This document shows, one piece after another, positions 20,791 through 30,703 of a stretch of DNA of 64,000 bases. Each line of letters opens with the position of its first letter. The first letter of the stretch is position 1. This DNA comes from Candidatus Kaiserbacteria bacterium (lineage in GTDB: Bacteria; Patescibacteriota; Minisyncoccia; Phycocordibacterales; SBAW01), in contig SICK01000002.1 in assembly GCA_009691465.1 (NCBI GenBank), positions 9,951 through 73,950 of the forward strand, given 5' to 3'. The position numbers and the translations under genes were made by a program. The notes under the pieces are model-generated. The model saw only the letters and a program-made list of their open reading frames with translations, did not search any database and was not told the DNA's origin.

Positions 20791-22095
20791 CTATACGAAC
20801 GAGTCGGGGATGGGGAATTTTTGAGCGAGCTCTTTTATTTCTTGGCGAATGGTATCGAGTTTGGATTGGTCATCTTTATTTTTCATCGCGTCGAGCATGA
20901 GCTCCGCCACCCGGGTACACTCCCCTTCTTTAAACCCGCGAGTGGTAATGGCCGGGGTGCCAAAGCGGATGCCCGATGGGTTAAACGGCGGCCGCGTATC
21001 ATCGGCGATAGCATTTTTGTTGAGCGTGATACCGACCGCGTTGAGCGTCTCCTCGGCGGCCTTGCCCTCGATACCCAAGCTCCCGAACACGTCGGCAAGA
21101 ATAAGATGGTTGCTCGTACCACCGGCGAGCATGCGTACGCCGCCTGCACGAAAGACTGTTTCCATCGCTTTGGCGTTCTTGAGTATCTGTGCGGCATAGG
21201 TTTTAAACGCCGGCTGCAGCGCCTCGCCAAACGCCACCGCTTTGGCGGCTATCTGATGCATGTGCGGCCCACCCTGAAAGCCCGGGAACACGGCACGGTC
21301 AATGAGCGTCGGCAGGTTTTCTATAGTTTTCTCCGGCGCTTTCATGGGGTTGGACACTACCCCTTTGGTCATGATGAGCCCGCCGCGCGGGCCCCGCAGC
21401 GTCTTGTGGGTCGTCGTGGTAACGATTTGGAACCCGTAGTCGAAGGGGTTCTTAGCAACCCCGCCGGCAATAAGCCCGGCGATATGCGCTACGTCGGCCA
21501 TGGCCACTGCACCCACCTCGTCGGCAATCGATTTTATCTGTGCCCAATCAAGCTCGCGCGGATAGGCAGAGAAGCCACCGAGGATCATTTTGGGCTTCTC
21601 GCGCACCGCGGTGGCGCGCATCTCGTCGTAGTCGATCTCGCCGGTTTCGACGTTTTTCATTTTGTAGCGCACAAAGTTGTAGAGCTTCGACATGTAGGTC
21701 ACGGGGTGCCCGTGGGTCAGATGCCCGCCGTGCCCAAGGTCCATGCCCATGATCGTGTCGCCCGGCTCCATCCACGCAAAGTACGCGGCGATGTTGGCGT
21801 TGGCCCCGCCGAGCGGTTGTACATTGGCGTGGTCGCACCCGAAGAGTTTTTTTGCCCGCTCGATCGCGAGCGTCTCTACCTCGTCAGTAAACTCTTGCCC
21901 GCCGTAGTAGCGCTTGCCCGGGTAGCCCTCGGAATATTTGTTGGTAAACACCGAGCCGTTTGCCTCGCGCACCGCGCGGCTGACATAATTTTCGGACGGA
22001 ATCAGCTCCAACCCCTCGGCCTCGCGCTGCTCCTCGCCCTGTAATGCTCCAAACACTTCTTTGTCCTGGCTTTCAATAGATTCGTAGAGATTCAT
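20791..22095 (-). CDS. glyA: Serine hydroxymethyltransferase
   Basis: LIPSENY, EGYPGKRYYGG, GGHLTHG, TTTHKTLRGPRGG. Confidence 0.98.
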   Translation of the reverse strand: MNLYESIESQDKEVFGALQGEEQREAEGLELIPSENYVSRAVREANGSVFTNKYSEGYPGKRYYGGQEFTDEVETLAIERAKKLFGCDHANVQPLGGANANIAAYFAWMEPGDTIMGMDLGHGGHLTHGHPVTYMSKLYNFVRYKMKNVETGEIDYDEMRATAVREKPKMILGGFSAYPRELDWAQIKSIADEVGAVAMADVAHIAGLIAGGVAKNPFDYGFQIVTTTTHKTLRGPRGGLIMTKGVVSNPMKAPEKTIENLPTLIDRAVFPGFQGGPHMHQIAAKAVAFGEALQPAFKTYAAQILKNAKAMETVFRAGGVRMLAGGTSNHLILADVFGSLGIEGKAAEETLNAVGITLNKNAIADDTRPPFNPSGIRFGTPAITTRGFKEGECTRVAELMLDAMKNKDDQSKLDTIRQEIKELAQKFPIPDSFV

Positions 22096-22117
22096 AGTCG
22101 TTTAAACTAGTATAGCC

Positions 22118-23065
22118 TTATCCGTGGAGTTTTTTGTTGTAGCCGCCGGCCACCGTGAGTTCGGCCTTGATGCCTGCGTGCGGCTCGTAGCCCTCGAGCA
22201 GTACCATTTCGGGCTTAAAGTCCTCAAGCGAGTTGACGGTGCCATTGATACGCAGCGTGGGGAAAGGTTTTGGTTCGCGCGCAAGCTGCTCTTTGACCTG
22301 CTCGCGATGATTTTCGTACATATGAAAGTCGCCGAACGTATGGATGAACTCCCCCGGCTCTCTGCCGAGCACTTTGGCGATGATGACGGTCAGGAGCGCG
22401 TAGCTCGCGATGTTAAACGGCACACCGAGGAATATGTCCGCCGAGCGCTGGTAGAGCTGGAGACAAACTTTGCCGTGCTTGATGTTGACCTGGTACATAT
22501 TGTGACAGATAGGAAAGCGCGCCCCCTGCCCCGGTTTGGCCATCTTGTACATGTACTGCGGGTCCCATGAGGTCACCAGCGTGTTGTGGGCGTCGGGGTC
22601 CTTGTGCAACTCGTCTACCACCCAGCCGAGCTGGTCCACGGTCCGCCCGTCTTGCGCAGGCCATCTTCGCCACATCTCACCGTAGATATGCGGTAGCTCA
22701 CCGTTTACTTTTGCGAAGTCGGCGTCGTTTTTTATCTTCTCAATAAACTGCTCTTTAGTGAGTTCTCCCTGGTGCTTTTCGTTGTAGATCTTATACGGAT
22801 AGTCGTCCCAGATGTGCACGTTGTTGTCCACCAGATATTTTATATTGCTCTGTCCCGAAAGAAACCAGTACAACTCCTGCAAAACGCCGTTCCAATATAC
22901 TTTTTTGGTCGTCAGCAACGGAAAGCCCTGCGACAGATCAAAACGTATCTGTGCCCCAAACACGCTATAGGTTTTGACCCCCGTCCCGGAGTCCACCTGC
23001 TCCTCCCCCGCTTCAAGCGTCTGGCGCAAGAGGTCTAGGTACTGGGTCTCGGGGTGCTTGTCCAT
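22118..23065 (-). CDS. thyA: Thymidylate synthase
   Basis: GFPLLTTKK, ELYWFLSG, PICH catalytic Cys, YQRSADIFLGVPFN. Confidence 0.97.
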   Translation of the reverse strand: MDKHPETQYLDLLRQTLEAGEEQVDSGTGVKTYSVFGAQIRFDLSQGFPLLTTKKVYWNGVLQELYWFLSGQSNIKYLVDNNVHIWDDYPYKIYNEKHQGELTKEQFIEKIKNDADFAKVNGELPHIYGEMWRRWPAQDGRTVDQLGWVVDELHKDPDAHNTLVTSWDPQYMYKMAKPGQGARFPICHNMYQVNIKHGKVCLQLYQRSADIFLGVPFNIASYALLTVIIAKVLGREPGEFIHTFGDFHMYENHREQVKEQLAREPKPFPTLRINGTVNSLEDFKPEMVLLEGYEPHAGIKAELTVAGGYNKKLHG

Positions 23066-23069
23066 AGTA

Positions 23070-23633
23070 TTACTTCTTAGATTTTTTGGCCGCCTTTTTT
23101 TCAGGTACGTAGTGCTTCCAATTGTCTTTTGCAAACCGGCCGACATCTTTATAGTTTTGGCGCGGAGGCGATGACAGCCCGGAGAAGGTCAGCTGGGCTA
23201 TTTTCATCCCGGGCCGGAGCACTATGGGAATATTATTCTGATTGGTTATCTCGAGCGTGATGTTGAGAAAGTGACCCGGGTTCACGATTCCGGCCGTGTT
23301 GTGGATCATAAGCCCCACGCGCGCCAAAGAGGACTTGCCGGAGAGTTGTATAAGATAGTGGTCCGAGCCGAAAAAGTCTTTGGACGTGCCCAACACCGAG
23401 ATGCCGGGACGCAGGATGAACTCCTGGCCGTCTTTGAGCTTAAGCTCGGTAGTCTTGGCAAATATCTTTTTTTGCGGGTCTATCACCACCGCGGTATACG
23501 CGTCGTTGAGCAAAAAAATGTTGCCGAGCAGGATGTCGTAGCTCGCCGGCCCCAGCCGCGACTCGTCGAACGGCCTCATGACAATGTTGCCGTTTTTAAC
23601 CTCCTTCAAAATATCGGTGTCTGAAAGAAACAT
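23070..23633 (-). CDS. dcd: dCTP deaminase
   Basis: LSDTDI, PASYDILLG, GKSSLARVGL, NPGHFLNITLEI, MKIAQLTF. Confidence 0.92.
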   Translation of the reverse strand: MFLSDTDILKEVKNGNIVMRPFDESRLGPASYDILLGNIFLLNDAYTAVVIDPQKKIFAKTTELKLKDGQEFILRPGISVLGTSKDFFGSDHYLIQLSGKSSLARVGLMIHNTAGIVNPGHFLNITLEITNQNNIPIVLRPGMKIAQLTFSGLSSPPRQNYKDVGRFAKDNWKHYVPEKKAAKKSKK

Positions 23634-23634
23634 A

Positions 23635-24309
23635 TTATTGTATGGTAAATATTTTATCCGTCCCGTAATACTCGGGCCAATGCGCATTGTAATGCGCAAA
23701 CATCCGCTCGAGCCGCTCCTGCTGCAACTCTTCGACCCCGCACTCCTGCATAAGCGCCGCGATACGCTCCCGGGCGGCCGCAACCTCTTCCTCCGTGCCG
23801 ACCACCATTTCGAACTCTGCAAGCCAGCCGTAGCCGGCGTTGCGGTCGAGGCAGACGGTCGTATCTTTAAACGCGTACTCCTCGCGCTCGCGCGACCACT
23901 TGGCCTGGTAGCGAAACCCGGCGCTGATGAGGATCTGGTCGAGTTGCTCGAGGGTCAAGTCTACCCGCTCTTCAAACTCCATGCGCGCCACCCCGTTGGC
24001 GCTACTGTCGGTCCCCACCGATGCTTTGACCACCAACAACACCTCGCCGTCCTTGTTGCGTGTGCGGACCGACGACTGTGTCGCACGCAGCGCAAGGTCG
24101 ACAAGTACTTCGTGCAACTTCGGCGACAGATGGCCTTCTATTTTTTTAACCAACGCCTCAAGCGTACCTCCGGTAAAATAGTGATTGAGCTGTTTGTTTT
24201 TTGAGGTGCACTTCGAGCGAGGGTCGAGCGTGCGTATTTTATTGCGCAGTATTTCTGCTTGTTCGGAACTTCCCAAAAGCGATTTAACCTCTACCTCGTA
24301 CTGCTGCAT
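23635..24309 (-). CDS. CYTH / triphosphate tunnel metalloenzyme domain protein
   Basis: N-terminal ExExK (EVEVK), QLNHYF, R.R, REREEY, CLD, AEFE. Confidence 0.85.
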   Translation of the reverse strand: MQQYEVEVKSLLGSSEQAEILRNKIRTLDPRSKCTSKNKQLNHYFTGGTLEALVKKIEGHLSPKLHEVLVDLALRATQSSVRTRNKDGEVLLVVKASVGTDSSANGVARMEFEERVDLTLEQLDQILISAGFRYQAKWSREREEYAFKDTTVCLDRNAGYGWLAEFEMVVGTEEEVAAARERIAALMQECGVEELQQERLERMFAHYNAHWPEYYGTDKIFTIQ

Positions 24310-24385
24310 AGCCCTATCCTAGCGCGCCGCTCTCTGGGGGCCCTGGGGATAAAAGGTGGATAAGGCACCATGCTATAGTCGCCCC

Positions 24386-24892
24386 ATGGAGTCAAAGCGC
24401 CCTACCGTCAGTATGATAGTCGCGATAGGCCAGAACCGGGTCATCGGCAAGGGCAATACCCTGCTATGGCACCTCCCCGACGACCTTAAACACTTTAAGC
24501 ATCTCACGGTGGGCCACCCGTGCATTATGGGCCGGCGGACCTTTGAGTCTATTGTAGCGATGCTTAAAAAACCTCTCCCGGGCCGGACAAACATCGTGGT
24601 GACCCGTGACACTGACTGGCACTATGACGGAGTCATGGTGGCCCACTCGCTTGAAGAAGCGTTGCAAAAAGCAAAAGAGATAGATACCGAAGAAGTGTTC
24701 GTCATCGGCGGCGCACAACTATATGCGGCTGCACTGCCGTACACGGACCGCCTCTACGTGACAGAGATCGACGACACCAAAGACGGTGATGCGTTTTTCC
24801 CCGAGTACGAAGACCTATTCACTAAAAAAACTGCAGAAGAACCCCGTGAGCATGAGGGCCTGAAGTACCGCTGGGTAGTGTTAGAAAAATAA
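24386..24892 (+). CDS. folA: Dihydrofolate reductase
   Basis: VIGKGNTLLWHLPDDLKHFK, IMGRRTFES, LPGRTNIVVT, IGGAQLY, GDAFFP. Confidence 0.97.
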   Translation: MESKRPTVSMIVAIGQNRVIGKGNTLLWHLPDDLKHFKHLTVGHPCIMGRRTFESIVAMLKKPLPGRTNIVVTRDTDWHYDGVMVAHSLEEALQKAKEIDTEEVFVIGGAQLYAAALPYTDRLYVTEIDDTKDGDAFFPEYEDLFTKKTAEEPREHEGLKYRWVVLEK

Positions 24893-24923
24893 AAAGGCCC
24901 GGGATTGCTCCCGAGCCGATACC

Positions 24924-25322
24924 TTACTGAAGCACCGATTCTGCGACGACTCGCAGATAGCGGGGGCGATTGCGTTTGTTGGGCCCGAGGAGCTCCTCGG
25001 CCATTTCGGGGCAGTTGTGGAAGTATTTGACGATCGCCGTATACTCCGCAGGCAACAACTCAGCGCCCCAAAACTTGCTCCGGCACCAGGGTGAGAGCAC
25101 CTCCGACGTAGGGCGCAACAACACGCGCCATAGCAACGTCATCCGCGCCTCCGCGTGGACATAGTCCGCCGGGATAATTAGAAACGCCAGGACTGCCTCT
25201 GCCACGGTCCCCTGGCAAGAGATCAACTGGACCGCCCGATTGAGCTCCCGCTGGTCCCAGATATTTTTTTGACGCAACTCATACACAACCTGTGCAGTCT
25301 GTGCCGCCAAACTCTTCGTCAT
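24924..25322 (-). CDS. Hypothetical protein
   Basis: 132-aa ORF with a GGAG SD, lying between terminators; no family recognised. Confidence 0.55.
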   Translation of the reverse strand: MTKSLAAQTAQVVYELRQKNIWDQRELNRAVQLISCQGTVAEAVLAFLIIPADYVHAEARMTLLWRVLLRPTSEVLSPWCRSKFWGAELLPAEYTAIVKYFHNCPEMAEELLGPNKRNRPRYLRVVAESVLQ

Positions 25323-25413
25323 AGTGGCTCCGCTTGTTTACCGTTTTTTTACGCGGTTGCTACAAAACGCAAAACGCCACTGGTACTGACCAGTGACGTT
25401 TATAACACAAAAA

Positions 25414-25836
25414 TTATTTTACGTCCACTCCCATCGAGCGGGCAGAACCGGCGATGATGCGCATGGCTTCATCAATGCTGTGCGCGTTGAGGTCGGGCAT
25501 TTTCTTTTCTGCTATCTCGCGTACCTGTGCCTTGGTGATGATACCCACCTTGGAGGTGTTGGGCTTGCCGCTTCCCTTTTCTTTGCCGATGGCTTTGAGG
25601 ATAAGCGATGATGCGGGAGGAGTTTTGAGTATAAAGTCGTATGAGCGGTCCTCATAGACGGTGATCTCTGCGGGGACAAGGTCGCCCGCCATACCCTTTG
25701 ACGCCTCATTGAACTTCTTTACAAATTCGCCGATGTTGATGCCGGCGGGCCCAAGCACCTGGCCCATGGCCGGAGTAAGGGTGGCTTTGCCGCCCTGGGC
25801 GATGATCTTTATTTTTTTGGTTACTTTCTTAGCCAT
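25414..25836 (-). CDS. rplK: 50S ribosomal protein L11
   Basis: [44 protein letters not shown]. Confidence 0.98.
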   Translation of the reverse strand: MAKKVTKKIKIIAQGGKATLTPAMGQVLGPAGINIGEFVKKFNEASKGMAGDLVPAEITVYEDRSYDFILKTPPASSLILKAIGKEKGSGKPNTSKVGIITKAQVREIAEKKMPDLNAHSIDEAMRIIAGSARSMGVDVK

Positions 25837-25855
25837 ATAAGTTGAGAGACAGTAG

Positions 25856-26407
25856 TTATATCCTTTTTACCTGGAGGAAATCAAGCTCTACCGGCGTTTC
25901 GCGGCCGAACATCGCCACCAGCACTTTGACCTTGCCGCGACTCTCGTCCACCTCGCCCACTTTGCCGTCGAGGTCCTTAAACGGCCCATCGACGATAGTG
26001 ACCGCGTCGCCCACTGCCATATCGATAGCATGTTTGACCGAGCCTTCGACCGCCTGCATGCGGCCCAGGAGCGTATCCACCTCGTCTTGTCGCAGCGGCA
26101 CCGGGTTGACCCCCGAGCCCACAAAGCCGGTCACGCGGGGCGTGTTGCGCACGATGTACCACGACTGGTCGTCCACGATCATTTCTACCAGCACATAGCC
26201 GGGGTAGACTTTTTCCTCCTCCTCTACGCGCCGACCGCCTTTGATTTTGATGGTGCGCTCGGTAGGCACCACTACTTGGAAGATCTTGTCGGTGATGCCG
26301 AGCGACTCGATGCGCTGGCGCAAGTTGCGCGCCACCGCGTTTTCATAGCCCGCATAGGTGTGTATCGCGTACCATGCTCTGCCAACAGAAGTATCTTGTT
26401 TGGCCAT
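25856..26407 (-). CDS. nusG: Transcription termination/antitermination factor NusG
   Basis: [23 protein letters not shown] motif, [11 protein letters not shown]. Confidence 0.98.
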   Translation of the reverse strand: MAKQDTSVGRAWYAIHTYAGYENAVARNLRQRIESLGITDKIFQVVVPTERTIKIKGGRRVEEEEKVYPGYVLVEMIVDDQSWYIVRNTPRVTGFVGSGVNPVPLRQDEVDTLLGRMQAVEGSVKHAIDMAVGDAVTIVDGPFKDLDGKVGEVDESRGKVKVLVAMFGRETPVELDFLQVKRI

Positions 26408-26412
26408 AGAGA

Positions 26413-26589
26413 TTAAATGATGTTTTTAATGACCGCGGAGAAAAGGTAATCGAGCAGGCCCAGATAGAGCGCGGTACCAAGCGATATCGCTATAACCACG
26501 ATGGTGTACATAATAGTAAGCCGGCGACTGGGCCAGCTGACGTGCTTCATCTCGGCGCGAACATCCCTAAAGTAATTGGTGATACTCAT
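26413..26589 (-). CDS. secE: Preprotein translocase SecE
   Basis: EMKHVSWP followed by a TM helix; directly upstream of nusG. Confidence 0.95.
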   Translation of the reverse strand: MSITNYFRDVRAEMKHVSWPSRRLTIMYTIVVIAISLGTALYLGLLDYLFSAVIKNII

Positions 26590-26676
26590 GGTCAAAAATA
26601 GCTTGTTTCTCCTAAGAAAAAACCCCTCTCGGGGTCTTTTCTCTATACTACTCCTAAGTTTTTAGGGAGTCAACTC

Positions 26677-27459
26677 CTACCGGATTTCGTAGGTTACGGA
26701 CACATTCGAAGTGACTTTGTTCTGACCCACGGATATCTCGGGGGCCGCCGGTGCGGGAGCTATGGAGTCTGCCGTTGCCATACCCATGCCCTTGGCATAA
26801 TAGATCGGGCCACCGTTGTTCTCGTTGAAGGACACAACACGCACCAGCTTGACGCCGAGCTGCTTGGCGAGTTCGTCGGCCTTGCCCTTGGCATCGGCAA
26901 TGGCTTTGCCGCGCGCTTCGTCCTGCATCTTGTTCGGATCATCGAACGTAAAGTTGAGTCCCGACACTTCGGTCGCACCCTTGCCGCCGACACCGGTCAG
27001 GAGGTCGCCGGCTTTGGCCGTGTCACGCGCTTTGACGCTCGTGGTTTGGCGCACTTCGTAGCCGCTCAATACTTGCTTGCCACCCGGGCAGTAGCCGTTG
27101 GTGCAGACCTGCTGGACATAGTCGTATTGCGGGTTGACCGAGTAGTCGGTGGTTTGTATATCTTTTTTATCAATGCCGGCATCGGTAAGGTACTTGGTAA
27201 CCGCATTTATTTTTGCCGTGGCATCTTCTTGTGCCGCAGCGACGGTCGCTTTTTTGGACGAGACCGAGAAGCTAAACGTTGCAATGTCGGCGACGGCAAA
27301 CGCCTCACCATAGCCACTGACGCTGATAGTGTTGGTCGGCTGTACACCGGAGCCTATGTAGCGCAGACCCATCAGGGTACCAAACGACTGCAGACCCAAA
27401 AATACGATTAATGCGACTACGGCCCACTTGACCACCCCACCTTCAAATAATTCTTTCAT
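26677..27459 (-). CDS. SIMPL (DUF541) domain protein
   Basis: TISVSGYGE...DIATFSF, IQTTDYSVNPQY, AIADAKGKA, VSVTYEI. Confidence 0.9.
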   Translation of the reverse strand: MKELFEGGVVKWAVVALIVFLGLQSFGTLMGLRYIGSGVQPTNTISVSGYGEAFAVADIATFSFSVSSKKATVAAAQEDATAKINAVTKYLTDAGIDKKDIQTTDYSVNPQYDYVQQVCTNGYCPGGKQVLSGYEVRQTTSVKARDTAKAGDLLTGVGGKGATEVSGLNFTFDDPNKMQDEARGKAIADAKGKADELAKQLGVKLVRVVSFNENNGGPIYYAKGMGMATADSIAPAPAAPEISVGQNKVTSNVSVTYEIR

Positions 27460-27476
27460 ACGATGTTCAGACGGCC

Positions 27477-28157
27477 CTATAGGGCGTTTATTACGGCCAT
27501 AAACTGCTCATACGGCAGTGCTCCGGAGATAGGTACTTGCTTGCCTTTGCCGTACACGATGGTAAATGGCGTGCCGTTGCCGCCGTTTTGTTGTGCCTCG
27601 GCGGCGTCTTGGTCGACACGCTTGCTTGCCGCTCCCGACGCGACGCAAGTACTAAACTTTGTTTTATCCGCACCAAACTGCACCGCCAGTTGTGCATAAT
27701 AGGCATCACTCATTTTGCTCTGGTCGGCGAATATTGCATCGGAAAACTTCCAAAATCCGTCGTTGCCGAGCTGCTCAAAGATGCACTCCGAGGCTATTGC
27801 CGCCGGCTTTGCATTGGGATGGATAGACTCGAGCGGCAGGTGGCGGTAGACCCATGCGATGTTGCCGTTGCTCTCCGAAACAATCTGTTTGAGTGTAGGA
27901 TCTACGCGCGAACAGAACGGGCACTGGAAGTCGGAGTACTCGATGAGCACAACGGGGGCGCTCGGCGAACCGATGATATGGTCGTCTACCGAGGGCGCGC
28001 GTACGTGGGTCTCTACGGCCGGTACATCCCCCGCTGCCGCAACGCCTTGCACGGTTGTTGGATTGGCATTCGTAAAGACGATAGCGGCGGCGATAATAAC
28101 GCCCGCGATAATGATAGCAATAGAGGGAGAGATTTCGAGCGGTTTAGTTTCTGACAT
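27477..28157 (-). CDS. DsbA-family thioredoxin-fold protein
   Basis: EYSDFQCPFC, RHLPL, GTP motif. Confidence 0.92.
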   Translation of the reverse strand: MSETKPLEISPSIAIIIAGVIIAAAIVFTNANPTTVQGVAAAGDVPAVETHVRAPSVDDHIIGSPSAPVVLIEYSDFQCPFCSRVDPTLKQIVSESNGNIAWVYRHLPLESIHPNAKPAAIASECIFEQLGNDGFWKFSDAIFADQSKMSDAYYAQLAVQFGADKTKFSTCVASGAASKRVDQDAAEAQQNGGNGTPFTIVYGKGKQVPISGALPYEQFMAVINAL

Positions 28158-28172
28158 GCGGCAATTGTACTA

Positions 28173-28586
28173 CTACTTCTGCGCGCGGAGCAAATCGCGG
28201 ATTTCTTCAAGCAGGCGCTCCTGCGCGGGCTTTTCGTACGGAGGGGTCTCCTTTTCTTCCCCGCGTACAAACAGGCGCTCGCGCGCGACGGACAGCGCCT
28301 TAAAGACGGCAAATATCGCGAGTGATACCACCAAAAAGTTGAAGAGTGCCTGCAAAAACGCGCCGTACTTAATGACCACTCCCGCGCCGGCGCTCCAAGC
28401 GAGTGTTTTGAGGTCAACGTTGTTAGTGAGCACACCCAAGACCGGCATGATGATGTCGGACACGAGCGAGTTAACGACACCGCTAAAAGAGGTGCCGATG
28501 ATAACCGCAATAGCGAGCTCGAGCGCATTGCCCTTGATGGCAAAGCGTCTGAACTCCGAAAAAAATCCTTTAGTGCGATGCAGCAT
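28173..28586 (-). CDS. mscL: Large-conductance mechanosensitive channel
   Basis: EFRRFAIKGNALELAIAVIIG, SLVSDIIMP, LLEEIRDLL. Confidence 0.96.
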   Translation of the reverse strand: MLHRTKGFFSEFRRFAIKGNALELAIAVIIGTSFSGVVNSLVSDIIMPVLGVLTNNVDLKTLAWSAGAGVVIKYGAFLQALFNFLVVSLAIFAVFKALSVARERLFVRGEEKETPPYEKPAQERLLEEIRDLLRAQK

Positions 28587-28588
28587 AA

Positions 28589-29014
28589 TTATTTTTGTTG
28601 GAGCTTTTCGATGTCCTGCATGAGCTTCATGAGCCCCCCGCGGATTTCTACCAGTGTTTTGTGGTCCTCGGTCTCGCGGACATCGTCCTCTTCTGTCTCT
28701 TCCTGTATCTCTTCGACATCCTCCTGAATCTCGTCCACATCCTCTTGAATTTCCTCGATGTCTTCCTGGATTTCGTCGATGTCAGCGGCTTGCTCGTTGA
28801 TGGTCATCTGGATAAATATAGCCAAGTATATCGCCTCGAGCGACACCAGGGTGGTCAGCACCAGCAGCATCCGATCCACTTCGACAAACCCTGTCCATAC
28901 CGAAATAAAACTCGCGACAAAGACGAGCGTGTGCACGACAATAGATTGGGGCGAACCGACCCAGCGGGTGACCGCCAAGGCAGAACGCTTGATGTTGTGT
29001 CTGTGTTCCTTCAT
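28589..29014 (-). CDS. DUF1003-like membrane protein with an acidic heptad repeat
   Basis: WVGS, LTTLVSLEAIYLAIFIQM, repeated D[IV][DE]EIQE; ATG at 29014. Confidence 0.75.
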   Translation of the reverse strand: MKEHRHNIKRSALAVTRWVGSPQSIVVHTLVFVASFISVWTGFVEVDRMLLVLTTLVSLEAIYLAIFIQMTINEQAADIDEIQEDIEEIQEDVDEIQEDVEEIQEETEEDDVRETEDHKTLVEIRGGLMKLMQDIEKLQQK

Positions 29015-29017
29015 GGG

Positions 29018-29091
29018 GGTGGACGATGGGGCTCGAACCCACGACCGCCGGTACCACAAACCGGAGCTCTACCAGCTGAGCTACGTCCACC
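29018..29091 (-). tRNA. tRNA-His(GTG)
   Basis: Cloverleaf with G-1; anticodon arm CCGGT-TTGTGGT-ACCGG; GGTTCGAG T-loop. Confidence 0.95.
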
Positions 29092-29117
29092 GTGCGTTTT
29101 TTATACCACACATTGCT

Positions 29118-29603
29118 TTAAACGTGTATCTTTTTACGTTCTTCGGGATAGTGGTGAATCGTATGGTGACAGTTATGACACAACCAAACTAAGTTTTTCA
29201 GCGTATTGTTCTTTCGATTCTGATCAATGTGATGGACCGCCAACACTCTCTTGTCCTCGATGTTGCAGCGCTTACAGATGGGTGGCACTTTGTTGCGCAA
29301 AAGCACACTCCGATATGCGTATAAGCCATTCTTGTAATTGGGATGTTCAGTGCCATGAAAATGAGAGTTTCTCCATTTTGTTTGGCAGGATTTCGAACAA
29401 AAAAATTTTCCGCTCTTTGAACGTTTTATCTGGGTTGGCTTTTTGTATGTTTCTGCCTGACAAAAATCACAATACTTTAACTCTCTAGTCCGGGCATCTG
29501 CATAATGACAAGGCTTAGAGCAGTAATTACCTTGACCACGTGCGACATAAAACGGCTTTGTCTGAAACCCCTTGCCGCATTTTTTACATATTCTAGCTAG
29601 CAC
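29118..29603 (-). CDS. HNH endonuclease-domain protein with two N-terminal CxxC...CSxxC zinc-binding repeats
   Basis: CKRC...VHHIDQNRKNN...NLVWLCHNCH; visibly more AT-rich than its neighbours. Confidence 0.85.
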   Translation of the reverse strand: MLARICKKCGKGFQTKPFYVARGQGNYCSKPCHYADARTRELKYCDFCQAETYKKPTQIKRSKSGKFFCSKSCQTKWRNSHFHGTEHPNYKNGLYAYRSVLLRNKVPPICKRCNIEDKRVLAVHHIDQNRKNNTLKNLVWLCHNCHHTIHHYPEERKKIHV

Positions 29604-29673
29604 CTATACATGATGGGTCAAATCTAAGCATGAGTAAATACACAAATCAGTGGATATTCAGAAACTTGTGTAT

Positions 29674-30645
29674 TTACCGTATGGCTCGCTGCGAGGAGAC
29701 ATAAGCGAGCGATACAAACACCAATCCGATGAGCCCGGTGATTGCCTCCGGCACATGCACTACAATGCCCACCAACATCGAGAGTCCAAGTCCCAAAATA
29801 GCCCAGTGTGCACCGTGTTCTAGGTAGCGTAGCGTATCCAGGGTTTTTTTGCGGACCAAGTAGACAGTACATGCGCGGACAAAGTAAGTGCCGATGCCAA
29901 GACCCACAAAGATAATGGGAATAGCCGACGTAAGGGCGAAGGCGCCGACCACACCATCGAGCGAGAAGGCCGAGTCGAGAATATTGAGATATATAAACAA
30001 CACCGCGCCCCCGCCCACCACCGAGCCTGCTTTGATGTCGAGAGTTGAGGTGATGCCTTGCATCACCACGAAGGTCAAAAGGCCGATTGAGCCCGCGGCA
30101 AGCACTTGCGCCTGACTATCCGCAAAATACGAGAGCCCCAGCAGTACCGCCAATGCAATAGCAAGCTCTATGGCCTCTACCCTGCCCCAGCGCACGAGGT
30201 GGCGCTCTATCCACGCTATCCAGTGCACGCGCTTGCCGACATCGAAAAAATATTTGAGCGCAACCATAAGAAGGAAGATACCGCCGAAGGCGTTGATAGC
30301 GTGCGAGGCGCCGGCGAGGAGCGCCGCGTAAGCATCGGGGTTTTCAAACGCGAGCCGCGCGGCCGCCACGGGCGATATCCACGCGGCGAGGCCGACGATG
30401 ATGGCCGGCAAAATAAGCCGCGTGCCAAAGACGGCTATAAAAATCCCCCAGGTCAAAAAGCGCCGCTGCCAACGCTCGCTCATTTGCCCCAAGACCTTGG
30501 CGTTGACGACCGCGTTGTCGAAGGAGAGGGTGACTTCCAAAATAGAAAGTAGCGCCGCGAGCAGGAATGCCCCTACGCCACCCCAGTAGTACACCGCCCC
30601 GAGTGCAAGCAAAGAAACCAACACCGGCCCCACAAAAATCCGCAT
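29674..30645 (-). CDS. DUF475 (TerC-like) membrane protein
   Basis: LEVTLSFDNAVVNA, FSLDGVVGAFA, YLEHGAHWAI. Confidence 0.9.
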   Translation of the reverse strand: MRIFVGPVLVSLLALGAVYYWGGVGAFLLAALLSILEVTLSFDNAVVNAKVLGQMSERWQRRFLTWGIFIAVFGTRLILPAIIVGLAAWISPVAAARLAFENPDAYAALLAGASHAINAFGGIFLLMVALKYFFDVGKRVHWIAWIERHLVRWGRVEAIELAIALAVLLGLSYFADSQAQVLAAGSIGLLTFVVMQGITSTLDIKAGSVVGGGAVLFIYLNILDSAFSLDGVVGAFALTSAIPIIFVGLGIGTYFVRACTVYLVRKKTLDTLRYLEHGAHWAILGLGLSMLVGIVVHVPEAITGLIGLVFVSLAYVSSQRAIR

Positions 30646-30703
30646 GGCGTTATTGTAACAGAAATGAAAAAGGCTCCCCTTACGATTGGATGAGGGCTTG
30701 CGG

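Noticed and set aside
20491-22044. 517-aa plus-strand ORF
   Set aside because: Antisense shadow of glyA.
28700-28790. 21-bp tandem repeats as a CRISPR array or VNTR
   Set aside because: Degenerate coding heptad repeat (DIxEIQE) with no spacers.
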